From a virus, in IMG/VR virus record IMGVR_UViG_3300025529_000004, positions 5,870 to 69,869 of that record: 64,000 bases of DNA. The stretch is one strand, 5' to 3'. Both the position numbers and the translations under genes were made by a program. The notes below the pieces were generated by a model. The model searched no databases. It saw only the letters and a program-made list of their open reading frames with translations, and was not told the origin of the DNA. Shown piece after piece: positions 9,962-19,286 of this stretch (the stretch's first letter is position 1; each line of letters starts with the position of its first letter).

Positions 9962-10036
9962 TTGTTTTTATTATACATCAAACCATTCTAATTGACTAGG
10001 TATTAATTAAATTTTTGTTGTTCACATGTTCCAATT

Positions 10037-10306
10037 TTGGTATCATTATCCTATCGGATTTTCAGGAGGACTTTCGTCATGAAAAATGGTAAAAAAAGGA
10101 ATATTGTAGGTAGATGTCTTTTAGGCGACATCTTGTATAAAAAAGCAATGACTCAAGTTGATCTTGAAATTATAACAGGGATAAACAAGGTTCAAATAAA
10201 CGAGTTTATTAATAATAAGAGAGTCATGTCTTTGAATAATGCTAAAATAATTTCCGATGCTCTGAATTGCCTAATCGAAGATTTATATGAATGGAAAAAT
10301 GATTAG
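10037..10306 (+). CDS. XRE-family HTH regulator (YopS-like position)
   Basis: LGDILYKKAMTQVDLEIITGINKVQINEFINNKRVMSLNNAKIISDALNCLIEDLYEW; probable start at MKNG. Confidence 0.8.
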   Translation: MVSLSYRIFRRTFVMKNGKKRNIVGRCLLGDILYKKAMTQVDLEIITGINKVQINEFINNKRVMSLNNAKIISDALNCLIEDLYEWKND

Positions 10307-10620
10307 ATAATTCAGAATTTACAGTAATAACAAGCCTTTAGTCCCTTGAGAATAAATTAACTATTTCGTTAACTTAATATGACAATAATCCTATTAAATT
10401 CATTTTACAGCATTTTTTGCATTTTGTCTTTATCAAATTATGTCGAATTGTGTAAATTATTAAATTCTTGTCGAAAATAATTGCTTGCCTTCTCTTTATT
10501 AGATGTAGTATCATATTATATTCCCCACAACAACTTAATAATTTACTCTATATCGTATAAATTTATTTTTGTCTGTTATGTAATCCCTGATAATTGATTC
10601 AGGGATCAAATTAATATTAA

Positions 10621-11595
10621 TTATATTTCCACATCTAAACCATAAAGTTCTTTTAAATTTTCTGAATTAATATATTGTTTCATTGCAGTCGTATTATAGT
10701 ATTCATATCCATTCGCTTTGATCTTACTCAAGTTATATCTGTCACCAATAAGTTTGAATTCTTCCTTTTCCAATTTGCCTCTTTCCAAATACAAATCATG
10801 GGCCATCTTAATCATTCCGGATTGTCTAATTAAATTTGGAGTTAAGATTTCCAAATCGTGTTCATCTCTAAGATATCTCAATCGAGTATGAATATTGTAT
10901 TTCGTTAATTTAACACTTTTCGTATTTCGACTCTCAGTATTTCTAAAAATATATTCACCATTTAACAACGAATATTCTCTGTGTACTCCTTCTTCTGGAT
11001 CGTAAATATAATAAACTTGCTCCTTATAAGCATTTTCTATATATCTCATACATCTATCGCTTACTTTTAATACTCTAACTTCATCGCCATCTCTTAATGT
11101 CAATTTATTGCTATTCCAATCAACGTCATTGTAATTTAAATTTAACAATTCTTCTGTCCCTTTTCCCATTACTCCTTCAAACAATAACCATATCAACGCC
11201 TGATCTTGAGCATTGTGAAAGCTTTCAACTAATTCCAATAGCTCGTCTTCAGAAAAGTGTTTTTTAATTCCTTTGACTATAAATTGTTCAAACCAACTTT
11301 TGTCTACACCATGTAAAGGATTTAAATTATCATCACGATAACCGTTTTCTATAGCCCATGAAATATAATTTTCGATAAAATGCGCCCTAGTTCTCGCTAC
11401 CAAAAAAGTAGACGGACTTGAATTATAAAGAACCTGTGCTATTTCATCTATATTAAAATTATACAAGTCTTTTTCAAGAACAGTCTCTATATCATATGCT
11501 TTAACAAGTGTATATTCAATAGTCCTTCGTGTATCAGGATTATCGTATAACTCCAAAAAACGCCTTTTTATTTCTTCATTGTACAATTTCATCAC
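10621..11595 (-). CDS. YopR/MrpR-like master repressor (degenerate tyrosine recombinase fold)
   Basis: MYNEEIKRRFL...; GVMGKGTEEL and NLIRQSGMI lack the catalytic R/H; third gene of a yopPQR-like trio. Confidence 0.75.
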   Translation of the reverse strand: MMKLYNEEIKRRFLELYDNPDTRRTIEYTLVKAYDIETVLEKDLYNFNIDEIAQVLYNSSPSTFLVARTRAHFIENYISWAIENGYRDDNLNPLHGVDKSWFEQFIVKGIKKHFSEDELLELVESFHNAQDQALIWLLFEGVMGKGTEELLNLNYNDVDWNSNKLTLRDGDEVRVLKVSDRCMRYIENAYKEQVYYIYDPEEGVHREYSLLNGEYIFRNTESRNTKSVKLTKYNIHTRLRYLRDEHDLEILTPNLIRQSGMIKMAHDLYLERGKLEKEEFKLIGDRYNLSKIKANGYEYYNTTAMKQYINSENLKELYGLDVEI

Positions 11596-12952
11596 TCGTT
11601 TTCACCTCTTCGCCATCTTCAATACTAATATTTTCAAAAAACTCTTTAATTGCCTTACGTGCTTTCTTCACATTGTCATTTATATTCCCAGCCACTAATA
11701 CTCCAATCTCTTCCCACATCGGATTATCTTTTCTAAAATCAATATCAGCAATATATCTAATGACATTTCTTGCTTTAATTCCTTTTTCAAACATTCTTCT
11801 TGCTAATACGATATAGCCTATGAACGTGATATTTTCATTAATTAAAGAATTTTTTCTTGTTTCTTGAACATTGTCAACAAACTCGTCTGTGTACGTTCCA
11901 ATAAGTGTATTAAAAAATTCCTTCAAAAAATCTGCTACATCATATACATCAGCTCTTGTTTTCATTTTGAATTGTTCTTCTATAGTATCAGCTAATATAT
12001 TGTAAGAGACAAGTTCACCCACTGTTATACGTGGTTGATGAGTTTGAGAAATTTTGTCTTTTAAATCCGAATCAATTTTTAATTCTTTTACAACCAAATC
12101 AGCATTTCTTGAACCTTCTAATTCTTTTTGACGAGTTCGTGAAATTGGTGTAGCTTTAGCTAATTGGGCTTGATATTGTTTTGCTCTATTGTCGGTATAA
12201 TTTGTAAATAATACTCCAAACTCAAAATCAATTTCTGGGTTTTCGGTTACAGCTAATTCACAGGCTTTACACCTATGATAGCCATCAACTATGTCCAACC
12301 TTGTGCCTTTAGTGATGGTTAACTGCATTTTTGAAGCATCATAAACTAATTCATCACCAGTATCAGAAGTTCTTACTGCTGCATTAAAAACCAAAAATGT
12401 AGGCACTAGGGTGTTCTTTTTTAAGTGCTCTTTTATTTCTAACACATTTTCCATTACTAATTTAGCTTCTTGAATAATTTTACCATGTCTTTGTGTTTTA
12501 ACTGATTCTCTTTGAATATCAAAATTATAGTTAAGATGTCTTGATTTCAGTAATTTGGCAATTTCTTGTGCGCTCAATTTTGCGACAAACGCATCTTCTT
12601 CGATCATGATGACGTTATCAATAACATATGGAAATTCAATTTCATCTTCTAATTGTAGTTTTCCATTATATTGACGCGATTTTTTAATTTCAGCTTCAGT
12701 AAAATATTTTTCGGGATTTAATTCTTGGATTCCTGTTTTCAAATAAATTTGTTCTGTTAATAACATTAATACTCTGGGATCTAAATTTTTTAAATGGCTT
12801 GGATCATTTAAACAAAGTTGAATTGTTCCAGCCAATATGTCATACTTATCAACTAAATGTTTTTTAATATCATGAACTGTCCTTCGTTTTTTTCTTACTT
12901 CTTTAATGCCTTCTTTAAGTTTTTCCTCAAGTTCTTCTCGCGGTAAAAGCAT
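11576..12952 (-). CDS. YopQ-like DGQHR/DndB (ParB-superfamily) protein
   Basis: NYNFDIQRE and IVDGYHR motifs; synteny between two integrase-fold genes. Confidence 0.75.
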   Translation of the reverse strand: MLLPREELEEKLKEGIKEVRKKRRTVHDIKKHLVDKYDILAGTIQLCLNDPSHLKNLDPRVLMLLTEQIYLKTGIQELNPEKYFTEAEIKKSRQYNGKLQLEDEIEFPYVIDNVIMIEEDAFVAKLSAQEIAKLLKSRHLNYNFDIQRESVKTQRHGKIIQEAKLVMENVLEIKEHLKKNTLVPTFLVFNAAVRTSDTGDELVYDASKMQLTITKGTRLDIVDGYHRCKACELAVTENPEIDFEFGVLFTNYTDNRAKQYQAQLAKATPISRTRQKELEGSRNADLVVKELKIDSDLKDKISQTHQPRITVGELVSYNILADTIEEQFKMKTRADVYDVADFLKEFFNTLIGTYTDEFVDNVQETRKNSLINENITFIGYIVLARRMFEKGIKARNVIRYIADIDFRKDNPMWEEIGVLVAGNINDNVKKARKAIKEFFENISIEDGEEVKTSDEIVQ

Positions 12953-13024
12953 TTTGAATTGTCCTCCTATTATTTAATTTTTTATTTAATATTTATTATA
13001 CACGAACCAAAATTAATGTAAACA

Positions 13025-14056
13025 TTATACAGTTTCATTATTAATTAATTTTTTGATGTTAACATTCAAAATGTATTTAACATCTTTTGGACATGCTTCT
13101 ATCGCTTTAACTAGTGTATCATGATCAACTTTTTTATATGCATCTTGGTCAATATTTCCTAATGAAGAAACAGCACCCAATACTCCAACATTTTCATAAT
13201 TCAAATAACGTTGTGTTGTTGCAAGCGATGAATGGTTAGCTGCTTTTTGTGCCTCTAGGATGTCTCCGGTAATTCTATATTTGAAAGTGACCCCTGCCTT
13301 TCTTATTGAATGAAATTTTATATTTCTTTCTTCAGGAATGTTCATTATTTTTTTTAGTCTTTGCATCATATCATTGATAGAATCTTTACTTATTGTGAAA
13401 ACCTTTTGTGAATCACTTTTTATAGAAAGCAGTTCCTCATAAAAATCTTTGTTAATAATGTTCCTAAATTTTTTATTTCTCTTATCTACTCCTTGAACCA
13501 GCACATCGTTTTCGCGTTCTATAAAATTTGACCATTTTAAATTCAATAAAGCTGATTTTCTAATACATGTGTCTAATGCAAATAATATTAATAAACGTTT
13601 TTGTTCTCTTAATTCTCTTTCCGTTTGATATGCTAATTTTGCCATTTCAAACACTTCATTTACCTCTAAAACTCCAAAAGATTCCTCATTCCTTGATAAA
13701 TGTGGAATTAATTTTAAATAATTTATGTTGTTTACAATATCTTTTGAAGCCAAATATTTAATTAAACTTTTTACAGAAGCAACTTTCCTGTTAATCGTAC
13801 TATGAGAAAGCCCTTCTTCCATCATAATGTCAATAAAATCTTCAAAATCATCTAAGGTTAATTGAACATCATCTATAGTTAAAAATTCAATTTCACTCTT
13901 TTTTTCTTTGTCTTTGATTAGTCTAAAAAATAACCTAATATCAGCTTCATATGCTTTTTTTGTATTATCGCTTTTATAGCCTTTCTGCCGTAAAAACTTT
14001 ATGATCTGATCATAAACCATATTTTCATTTATTTTAGCAACTTTATTAGCAATCAT
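13025..14056 (-). CDS. tyrosine recombinase with intact catalytic residues (YopP-like)
   Basis: TCIRKSA (R), DKRNK (K), FHSIRK (HxxR), NHSSLATTQRY (H, Y). Confidence 0.9.
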   Translation of the reverse strand: MIANKVAKINENMVYDQIIKFLRQKGYKSDNTKKAYEADIRLFFRLIKDKEKKSEIEFLTIDDVQLTLDDFEDFIDIMMEEGLSHSTINRKVASVKSLIKYLASKDIVNNINYLKLIPHLSRNEESFGVLEVNEVFEMAKLAYQTERELREQKRLLILFALDTCIRKSALLNLKWSNFIERENDVLVQGVDKRNKKFRNIINKDFYEELLSIKSDSQKVFTISKDSINDMMQRLKKIMNIPEERNIKFHSIRKAGVTFKYRITGDILEAQKAANHSSLATTQRYLNYENVGVLGAVSSLGNIDQDAYKKVDHDTLVKAIEACPKDVKYILNVNIKKLINNETV

Positions 14057-14190
14057 CCAACTTCACTCCAAAGAGATTTTTCTAACAAACATTCTATCGA
14101 TTTAATTTCTTTCAGTGCGTCTTCTCTTTGCTTTTGTGTCATTGTATAAACGTGTCTCTTGAAATAATCAAACAACCCGAATAAAACCAT
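14053..14190 (-). CDS. small hypothetical protein (45 aa, not in ORF track)
   Basis: RBS GGGAGG; MVLFGLFDYFKRH...EVG*; ATGA overlap with the recombinase gene. Confidence 0.55.
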   Translation of the reverse strand: MVLFGLFDYFKRHVYTMTQKQREDALKEIKSIECLLEKSLWSEVG

Positions 14191-14241
14191 CTAGGTTTCC
14201 TCCCTTTACTCACATATTTATCTGTTTATTTTTATGTCTAT

Positions 14242-14270
14242 ATTATATTTAATTAATTTATTTTTGTCAA
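14242..14270 (-). promoter_or_regulatory. consensus sigmaA promoter TTGACA-17-TATAAT
   Basis: Spacer AAAATAAATTAATTAAA is a variant of the repeated element. Confidence 0.8.
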
Positions 14271-14336
14271 ATGATTTTTTTAAAAAAATAGTTAGGGATG
14301 ATCCCTAACTACAAAAACATGGAGCTGGTTAACGTG

Positions 14337-14380
14337 AAAACTGTAGAGAGAAAAACATCAGTAATTCTCTCTACAGTTTT
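14337..14380. terminator. intrinsic terminator-like hairpin
   Basis: AAAACTGTAGAGAG...CTCTCTACAGTTTT. Confidence 0.65.
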
Positions 14381-14386
14381 ATTTTA

Positions 14387-14405
14387 TATTATTTTAATTT
14401 ATTTT
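14387..14405 (-). promoter_or_regulatory. repeated 19-mer within promoter (TTGAAA-17-TAAAAT)
   Basis: Exact 19-mer copy. Confidence 0.7.
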
Positions 14406-14464
14406 TCAAGAATTTTTTGGATTTTTTTATTAATAAAAATTGTATTTTATTATATTTTTTTATT

Positions 14465-15091
14465 TCAGCTATTTCTTACGGTTCTGATCGGAACTATCAT
14501 TACAAACAACTCATCATCTTCTCCCGCTGTAAGTGTAAATGGTCGTAACTCACCGTAATAGCGCATTTCAACTTCAGTAGCTCCTACATCTTTGAAAAGC
14601 TTCAATGCATCAACCATAAATATAGTATTAAACGTCAATTTTCCAACAGTTCCAGCAGCTACACCAGCGTCATAACTAGCTTCCATCACTAGATTTTTAG
14701 TATGAAAAACCACTTGATTATTATTTCTTTCGCTAATACTAACCCATTCGCCACCTTTACCAATTACTTGATTTACTTTTAACAAAGCACTAAATGCATC
14801 AAGTGCCGTTATAACTGGTAAGTTTATGGTAAATTCCGCATTTGATTTATCAGGAATCAATCGATCACAACTGGGGTATTTTCCATCAATTTTTACACCA
14901 GTTTTCGGATCAATGGTTGACTCACTAACGTCTGCATGAACATTCTTTGCACGATATAAACGAAATGAATCCGTAACAAATAATGTTCCATCTTTCGCAT
15001 GATACACTCCTTTTAATATTGGTCGCCCTGATGAAGCTGTTTTAGTTATTTTTTGGGCGTGTTTCATAAATGTTATGTATGATAGTTCCAT
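14465..15091 (-). CDS. DNA polymerase III beta-clamp-like protein (two-domain length)
   Basis: GRPILKGV, VTDSFRL, GKYPSCDRLIP, FNTIFMVDALK, LRPF, IVPIR resemble DnaN domains II-III. Confidence 0.75.
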   Translation of the reverse strand: MELSYITFMKHAQKITKTASSGRPILKGVYHAKDGTLFVTDSFRLYRAKNVHADVSESTIDPKTGVKIDGKYPSCDRLIPDKSNAEFTINLPVITALDAFSALLKVNQVIGKGGEWVSISERNNNQVVFHTKNLVMEASYDAGVAAGTVGKLTFNTIFMVDALKLFKDVGATEVEMRYYGELRPFTLTAGEDDELFVMIVPIRTVRNS

Positions 15092-15177
15092 TTAAGTATC
15101 CTCCCTATTTTTTATTTCAAATAAATATTTGTTTAATTACAATATTTCATCATAACGTTTTTGTATTTTTCTTCATA

Positions 15178-15480
15178 TTACACATCAATTTCTCTTAATA
15201 AATCATGCTCATCATCTATAAATTCAAGCACAGGTTTTTCAAAGGCTTTCTGAATTTCTTGATAAACAGTTTTTAAATCATTTAATTCTTCACAACAAAG
15301 TAAATGCTTGTCATTTGTCCACATGTGAGGCTTATTTTCTTCATTATAATAAACTTCACAAACCTCATAATAAGGTTCATCATACTCATTTTTCTTCTTG
15401 ATCACTCGATAATTCCAATACAAAACATTCACATCCTTTTTGTTAAAATAATTTTTCAGCAAGTAAAGCACCGGATGCAA
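15178..15480 (-). CDS. hypothetical phage protein (true start probably downstream of the annotated one)
   Basis: WNYRVIKK...YYEVCEVYY; N-terminus overlaps the next gene. Confidence 0.55.
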   Translation of the reverse strand: MHPVLYLLKNYFNKKDVNVLYWNYRVIKKKNEYDEPYYEVCEVYYNEENKPHMWTNDKHLLCCEELNDLKTVYQEIQKAFEKPVLEFIDDEHDLLREIDV

Positions 15481-15592
15481 TAAACGCTATAGCTGACATT
15501 GCTTCAAAAACTGATATTCCAAGTGAATGATAAACAATAACTGCTCCGATCATTGCTGTAAAAACCATTACAGTTGTTAATATTTTTTTCAT
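15443..15592 (-). CDS. small two-helix membrane protein (49 aa, not in ORF track)
   Basis: MKKILTTVMVFTAMIGAVIVYHSLGISVFEAMSAIAFIASGALLAEKLF*. Confidence 0.55.
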   Translation of the reverse strand: MKKILTTVMVFTAMIGAVIVYHSLGISVFEAMSAIAFIASGALLAEKLF

Positions 15593-15613
15593 TCATAATC
15601 ACCTTGTATTGTT

Positions 15614-15949
15614 TTAATCATTTTTTAAAACATACTTAATTACGGTTACTTCTTTCGGAACTACTTCACAAAATCCCCACGACAAATCCATTCCATCTTG
15701 CAATTCTGTTGCTGGCACTTCTCGCCACAATTCAAAATAAGCAACTTCCCCATTTTGTTCGATTTTATATACATCAGTTTCTATATTAGTCCATCGACCA
15801 CCATCTTGAAATTCATGATGGACATTTTCTACTGTATAACCTTCTGGTTTGTAAGCCTCAATAATGTTTTCAATTTCTTCATAATCTTTGTTATAGTTTA
15901 CATCCTCTACACCATCAAGCTTCCGTAAAATTTCAATCACATTTTTCAT
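15614..15949 (-). CDS. hypothetical phage protein
   Basis: GGRWT...ATELQDG...EVVPKEVTVIKYV. Confidence 0.65.
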   Translation of the reverse strand: MKNVIEILRKLDGVEDVNYNKDYEEIENIIEAYKPEGYTVENVHHEFQDGGRWTNIETDVYKIEQNGEVAYFELWREVPATELQDGMDLSWGFCEVVPKEVTVIKYVLKND

Positions 15950-16080
15950 TTACAATCACTCCCTTTTATACACATATATTTTTAATATAAAATTCATTCC
16001 TTAATTGTATGATTGAATTCTCTTTTAAATAATCCTGATCTTTTTTCTTAGCCCATTTCACAAATTCACTAAACAAAGGT

Positions 16081-16588
16081 TTAATTGGATACATAATACT
16101 TATTCGTTGGAGTTTTGGATATAGTACAAGATTTTATAACAGCTTCAAATGGTCTATGTTGTTTTATCTTTACTTTTGTTTTCAATTTTGGTAATTTCAA
16201 ATAACCATCTTCAATAGTAACTGTTCCTTTTTGATTATTTGTTGTATAAGATTGATGACTCTTTTTCTTCTTGAATTTTGGAAAACCTACATCTTTGTTT
16301 CTAAAAAAATTCTTAAAAGATTTTTTCTAAATTAAGTTGTGCATTTGCAAGTGCAAGACTATCTACCTCTTTCAAAAAAGGATATTCTTTTTTATATTGT
16401 GCAGGTGTCGGAAACTTTTGTTTTCGAAGTGCTTCTTGATCATCTTGAAATGTTTCATATATTGCCTTGCGTTCAGCAAGCATTTGATTGTAGACAAAAC
16501 GAACACAGCCAAAAGTTTTCTCTAACAACTCTTTCTGTTCTTTATTTGGATATAGGCGAAATTTGAACGCTTTATTTTGTTTGGTCAT
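16081..16588 (-). pseudogene. tnpB: truncated, frameshifted TnpB
   Basis: KAFKFRLYPN...GCVRFVYN...VDSLAL; extra A in an A6 run near 16322-16327; the shifted frame continues SFKNFFRNKDVGFPKFKKKK...YLKLPKL...KYYVSN*; RuvC half absent. Confidence 0.9.
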
Positions 16589-16609
16589 GCCAAATCACCT
16601 TTACAACAC

Positions 16610-16621
16610 GAATGTATGTTC
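16610..16621. promoter_or_regulatory. LexA-like box downstream of TTGGCT-17-TATAAT tnpB promoter
   Basis: GAAC-ATAC-ATTC on the - strand (one mismatch). Confidence 0.55.
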
Positions 16622-16744
16622 GTTTCATTATAGCACATCTATTGGCTAAAGCCAACCGAAATTCATCTCCCACCTACTCACTGGGCTATCGCCCTTCACG
16701 CTCCTTGATGTGGGAGACTTCTTTCGGAAATTACGTTAAAAAAA

Positions 16745-17128
16745 TTAGTGAAGCAACTCTCTTTCAAACACATCCTTATTAATCATAAAATTCTTTTGAT
16801 ATTTATTTGATGATTTCTTCATTCTTTTTAATTTCTTTTTTGTTCGTTTTACTTTTTCTTTTATTTTATTATCGCGAATCTGATTATGTAGTAATTGCAT
16901 TTTACGAAGCTCATTTTTGATAATTCTTCTCTTTTGTAAAATTTCTTGAAGTTCTTTTGCTAAATAATATCCTTCCGCAGCATTGAATTTTGCAGTCTCA
17001 ATTTTGTGATAATGTTCCGACAATTTTTTGTCGTATTCAGATTGTTTTCGGTTTAATTTTTCCAAATCATCCTCAATGTTCCTAAGAAAACAATTCAATT
17101 CCTGCAATCTTTTTGAAGCCATGCACAC
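16745..17128 (-). CDS. hypothetical coiled-coil phage protein
   Basis: YHKIE...FNAAEGYYLAKELQEILQKRR. Confidence 0.65.
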   Translation of the reverse strand: MCMASKRLQELNCFLRNIEDDLEKLNRKQSEYDKKLSEHYHKIETAKFNAAEGYYLAKELQEILQKRRIIKNELRKMQLLHNQIRDNKIKEKVKRTKKKLKRMKKSSNKYQKNFMINKDVFERELLH

Positions 17129-17143
17129 TTTTCTCCCTCCCTG

Positions 17144-17506
17144 TTATTGTTTTTCATCTGAAAACAACCTCTTTATCTTTTGAAGTTTTTTATGCATTCT
17201 GGCAAGCTCTTTGACTTTTTTCTCTGGATTAGACAATAGTTCACAATATAAATCAGGATATTTTTTAAATGCTTCTAATATTTTTACATAATCCGATGTT
17301 AATTCTGTCCTACCCAGAAGATAATCTGTTGATACTTCATATAATTCAGCTAGGTTTTTTAATGTTTCCGCATCGGGTTTTGTAATATCTTTTTCATATC
17401 TCGAAATAGCGAAATTTGTTACGAATAATTTCTCTGCTACATACTTTTGAGTCCATTTTCTTTTTTGACGTTGAAATCTTAATCTTTGGCCTAAAGTCAT
17501 TTGCAA
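17144..17506 (-). CDS. XRE/ImmR-like HTH transcriptional regulator
   Basis: LGQRLRFQR...TQKYVAEKL...ISRYEK...PDAETLKNLAELYEVSTDYLLG. Confidence 0.9.
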   Translation of the reverse strand: MQMTLGQRLRFQRQKRKWTQKYVAEKLFVTNFAISRYEKDITKPDAETLKNLAELYEVSTDYLLGRTELTSDYVKILEAFKKYPDLYCELLSNPEKKVKELARMHKKLQKIKRLFSDEKQ

Positions 17507-17587
17507 ATACCTTTCTTTTGTTCTTTGTATTTGCTTATATTTTAACCAATCGATGAGTCGCGTGGTAAATAAAATCTTACTTTTATT

Positions 17588-18292
17588 TCATTTCAACTCT
17601 TCAATTAAATGTCTTTTTATATGCTCTTTCACTGTTTGATACAACCAATTTTTTAATTCGCAATCTTCTTTTTGTTCTTTATAAATTTGTTTAATTGCTT
17701 TTAAATATTGTTCCAAATCATCCATTTCTTCTTTTTCATAATAGGGTATAATACCATATCGAATATCAAGTAACGCTTGTCTATTAAAATCTTGTGTATC
17801 ATAATAAATAGCTTTTTGGAAATTCCATCCGTTTAAAGCATACCTCTCAAGGAAATCAACAATTCTAATTGCTGACATAACATGTTTATGCACTTTATTC
17901 ATTTCACCTTTATTTAAATCTCGTTCAAATTCTTTCTTTTTCTTGTAGAACATGCCCACACAAGCATCATACAAATATGGTAGATTCATACGAGCAATTT
18001 CTTCTCTTCTGTTATGTAGAATTTGATATAAATTATCATATTCGTACACTTCTTGGGAAAACAGAACTTCAAGGAAATTTACGTTGCTTTTCCATAGCAT
18101 ATCAGGCAATTTTCTAATATCATGATATTCAATGTCTTCTTTATCACTTGTCATTGCTTTAGTATACTTTTCTCCTGAATACAAATCATCATAGGAGGGA
18201 ATGAAAAATACCTTAAAATCCTTGTCTGATTCAGGAACGGCTAAATTATAGTTATGACTACCAACCAAAGCTTTAAACGATTGTTTTCTCAA
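17588..18292 (-). CDS. Pol-beta-superfamily nucleotidyltransferase
   Basis: GSHNYNLAVPESDKD (GS..DxD), DIEYHD, NVNFLEVLF. Confidence 0.8.
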   Translation of the reverse strand: MRKQSFKALVGSHNYNLAVPESDKDFKVFFIPSYDDLYSGEKYTKAMTSDKEDIEYHDIRKLPDMLWKSNVNFLEVLFSQEVYEYDNLYQILHNRREEIARMNLPYLYDACVGMFYKKKKEFERDLNKGEMNKVHKHVMSAIRIVDFLERYALNGWNFQKAIYYDTQDFNRQALLDIRYGIIPYYEKEEMDDLEQYLKAIKQIYKEQKEDCELKNWLYQTVKEHIKRHLIEELK

Positions 18293-18311
18293 TGATTTTC
18301 CTCCTATCTGG

Positions 18312-18497
18312 TTATGGCAAATTCATTTTACTCAACGACATCACCCAATAAGCCCCACATTCGCAATAAATCGTATGAAACCAAACTCCATCTTCTGGAT
18401 TGAAAATTGATTCACCATCGTCCTCAAACAAATAATCCATCTGTTCAAAGAAATTAACGGTGGTTTTACAATTAGGACAAATAAACCATTGTTTCAT
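18312..18497 (-). CDS. small zinc-binding hypothetical protein
   Basis: CPNC...CECG. Confidence 0.55.
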   Translation of the reverse strand: MKQWFICPNCKTTVNFFEQMDYLFEDDGESIFNPEDGVWFHTIYCECGAYWVMSLSKMNLP

Positions 18498-18571
18498 TTT
18501 AAAATCTCCTATTTCATTATTTTTGACATATGTACATTATATATTATAACATTTTTTGTATTATTTTAATT

Positions 18572-18763
18572 TTATTTTGAAAGTAGTTGCATGTATCCCT
18601 TGATCATCTCCTTACGGATTTCTTCAGGAGTTTTCTTTTTACGTACCTTAAATAATTCTCCATTTGACCAAGAGAAGCCACCATTGGAGCATTTTAAATA
18701 CTCCTTATACTGTTTTTCTAATTGATATTCTCTCAAAGACACTAAGTTATCATCAACAAACAT
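18572..18763 (-). CDS. hypothetical protein
   Basis: RBS AAGGAG upstream. Confidence 0.5.
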   Translation of the reverse strand: MFVDDNLVSLREYQLEKQYKEYLKCSNGGFSWSNGELFKVRKKKTPEEIRKEMIKGYMQLLSK

Positions 18764-18998
18764 TATCCCAAATCTCCTTTTCCTTTAACATCACATCCTT
18801 AACCTATTATTATTTTACCAATTTTATTCGTAAATTTCAATATATAATTATAATTTATTTTAAAAAAGGGCAGACTTATCCCCTGGGATTAAGGAGAATT
18901 TTTTGAGATTCAGGATAATATATTGATGATTTTTTAGGTTAAATTAAAGGATAAGGAGAAAGGATAAGTCTGTTTTTTTATCATAAATAACGAAAATA

Positions 18999-19286
18999 TT
19001 ATTTAATTGTTCTTTCATGAATTGTACAATAAATATAAAAATCTTTTGAATATGGCCAGTCAGAATCGTCTTCTTCGTGAATTTTAACTTTGGGATATTT
19101 TGTCTTGAATTCATCTAATTCAAAACTATACAGCTTTAACTTAACAAGTGGAAATCTAGCAATCGATAAGCGTATATTATCACTCCACCCATCTTCTTTT
19201 AACTTTTTAATATTCTCTAGCATTTCTTCAACACTATTATGGTACACTTTAATCGTTTCTTTAGCTTCCCTATTTACAATAATCAT
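18999..19286 (-). CDS. hypothetical protein
   Basis: RBS GAGGAAG. Confidence 0.55.
   Translation of the reverse strand: MIIVNREAKETIKVYHNSVEEMLENIKKLKEDGWSDNIRLSIARFPLVKLKLYSFELDEFKTKYPKVKIHEEDDSDWPYSKDFYIYCTIHERTIK

Larger units (their letters stand above)
16081..16735 (-). mobile_element. IS200/IS605-family (IS1341-type, tnpB-only) remnant
   Basis: End hairpin CTCCCAC (16667-16673) / GTGGGAG (16710-16716) followed by promoter and tnpB fragment; no tnpA and no right end. Confidence 0.8.

Noticed and set aside
10018-10032. Second LexA box (GTTCACATGTTC)
   Set aside because: Direct rather than inverted half-sites; does not fit GAAC-N4-GTTC.
15443-15592. AimP-like arbitrium propeptide
   Set aside because: Hydrophobic throughout with no polar C-terminal peptide, and no adjacent AimR-like TPR receptor.
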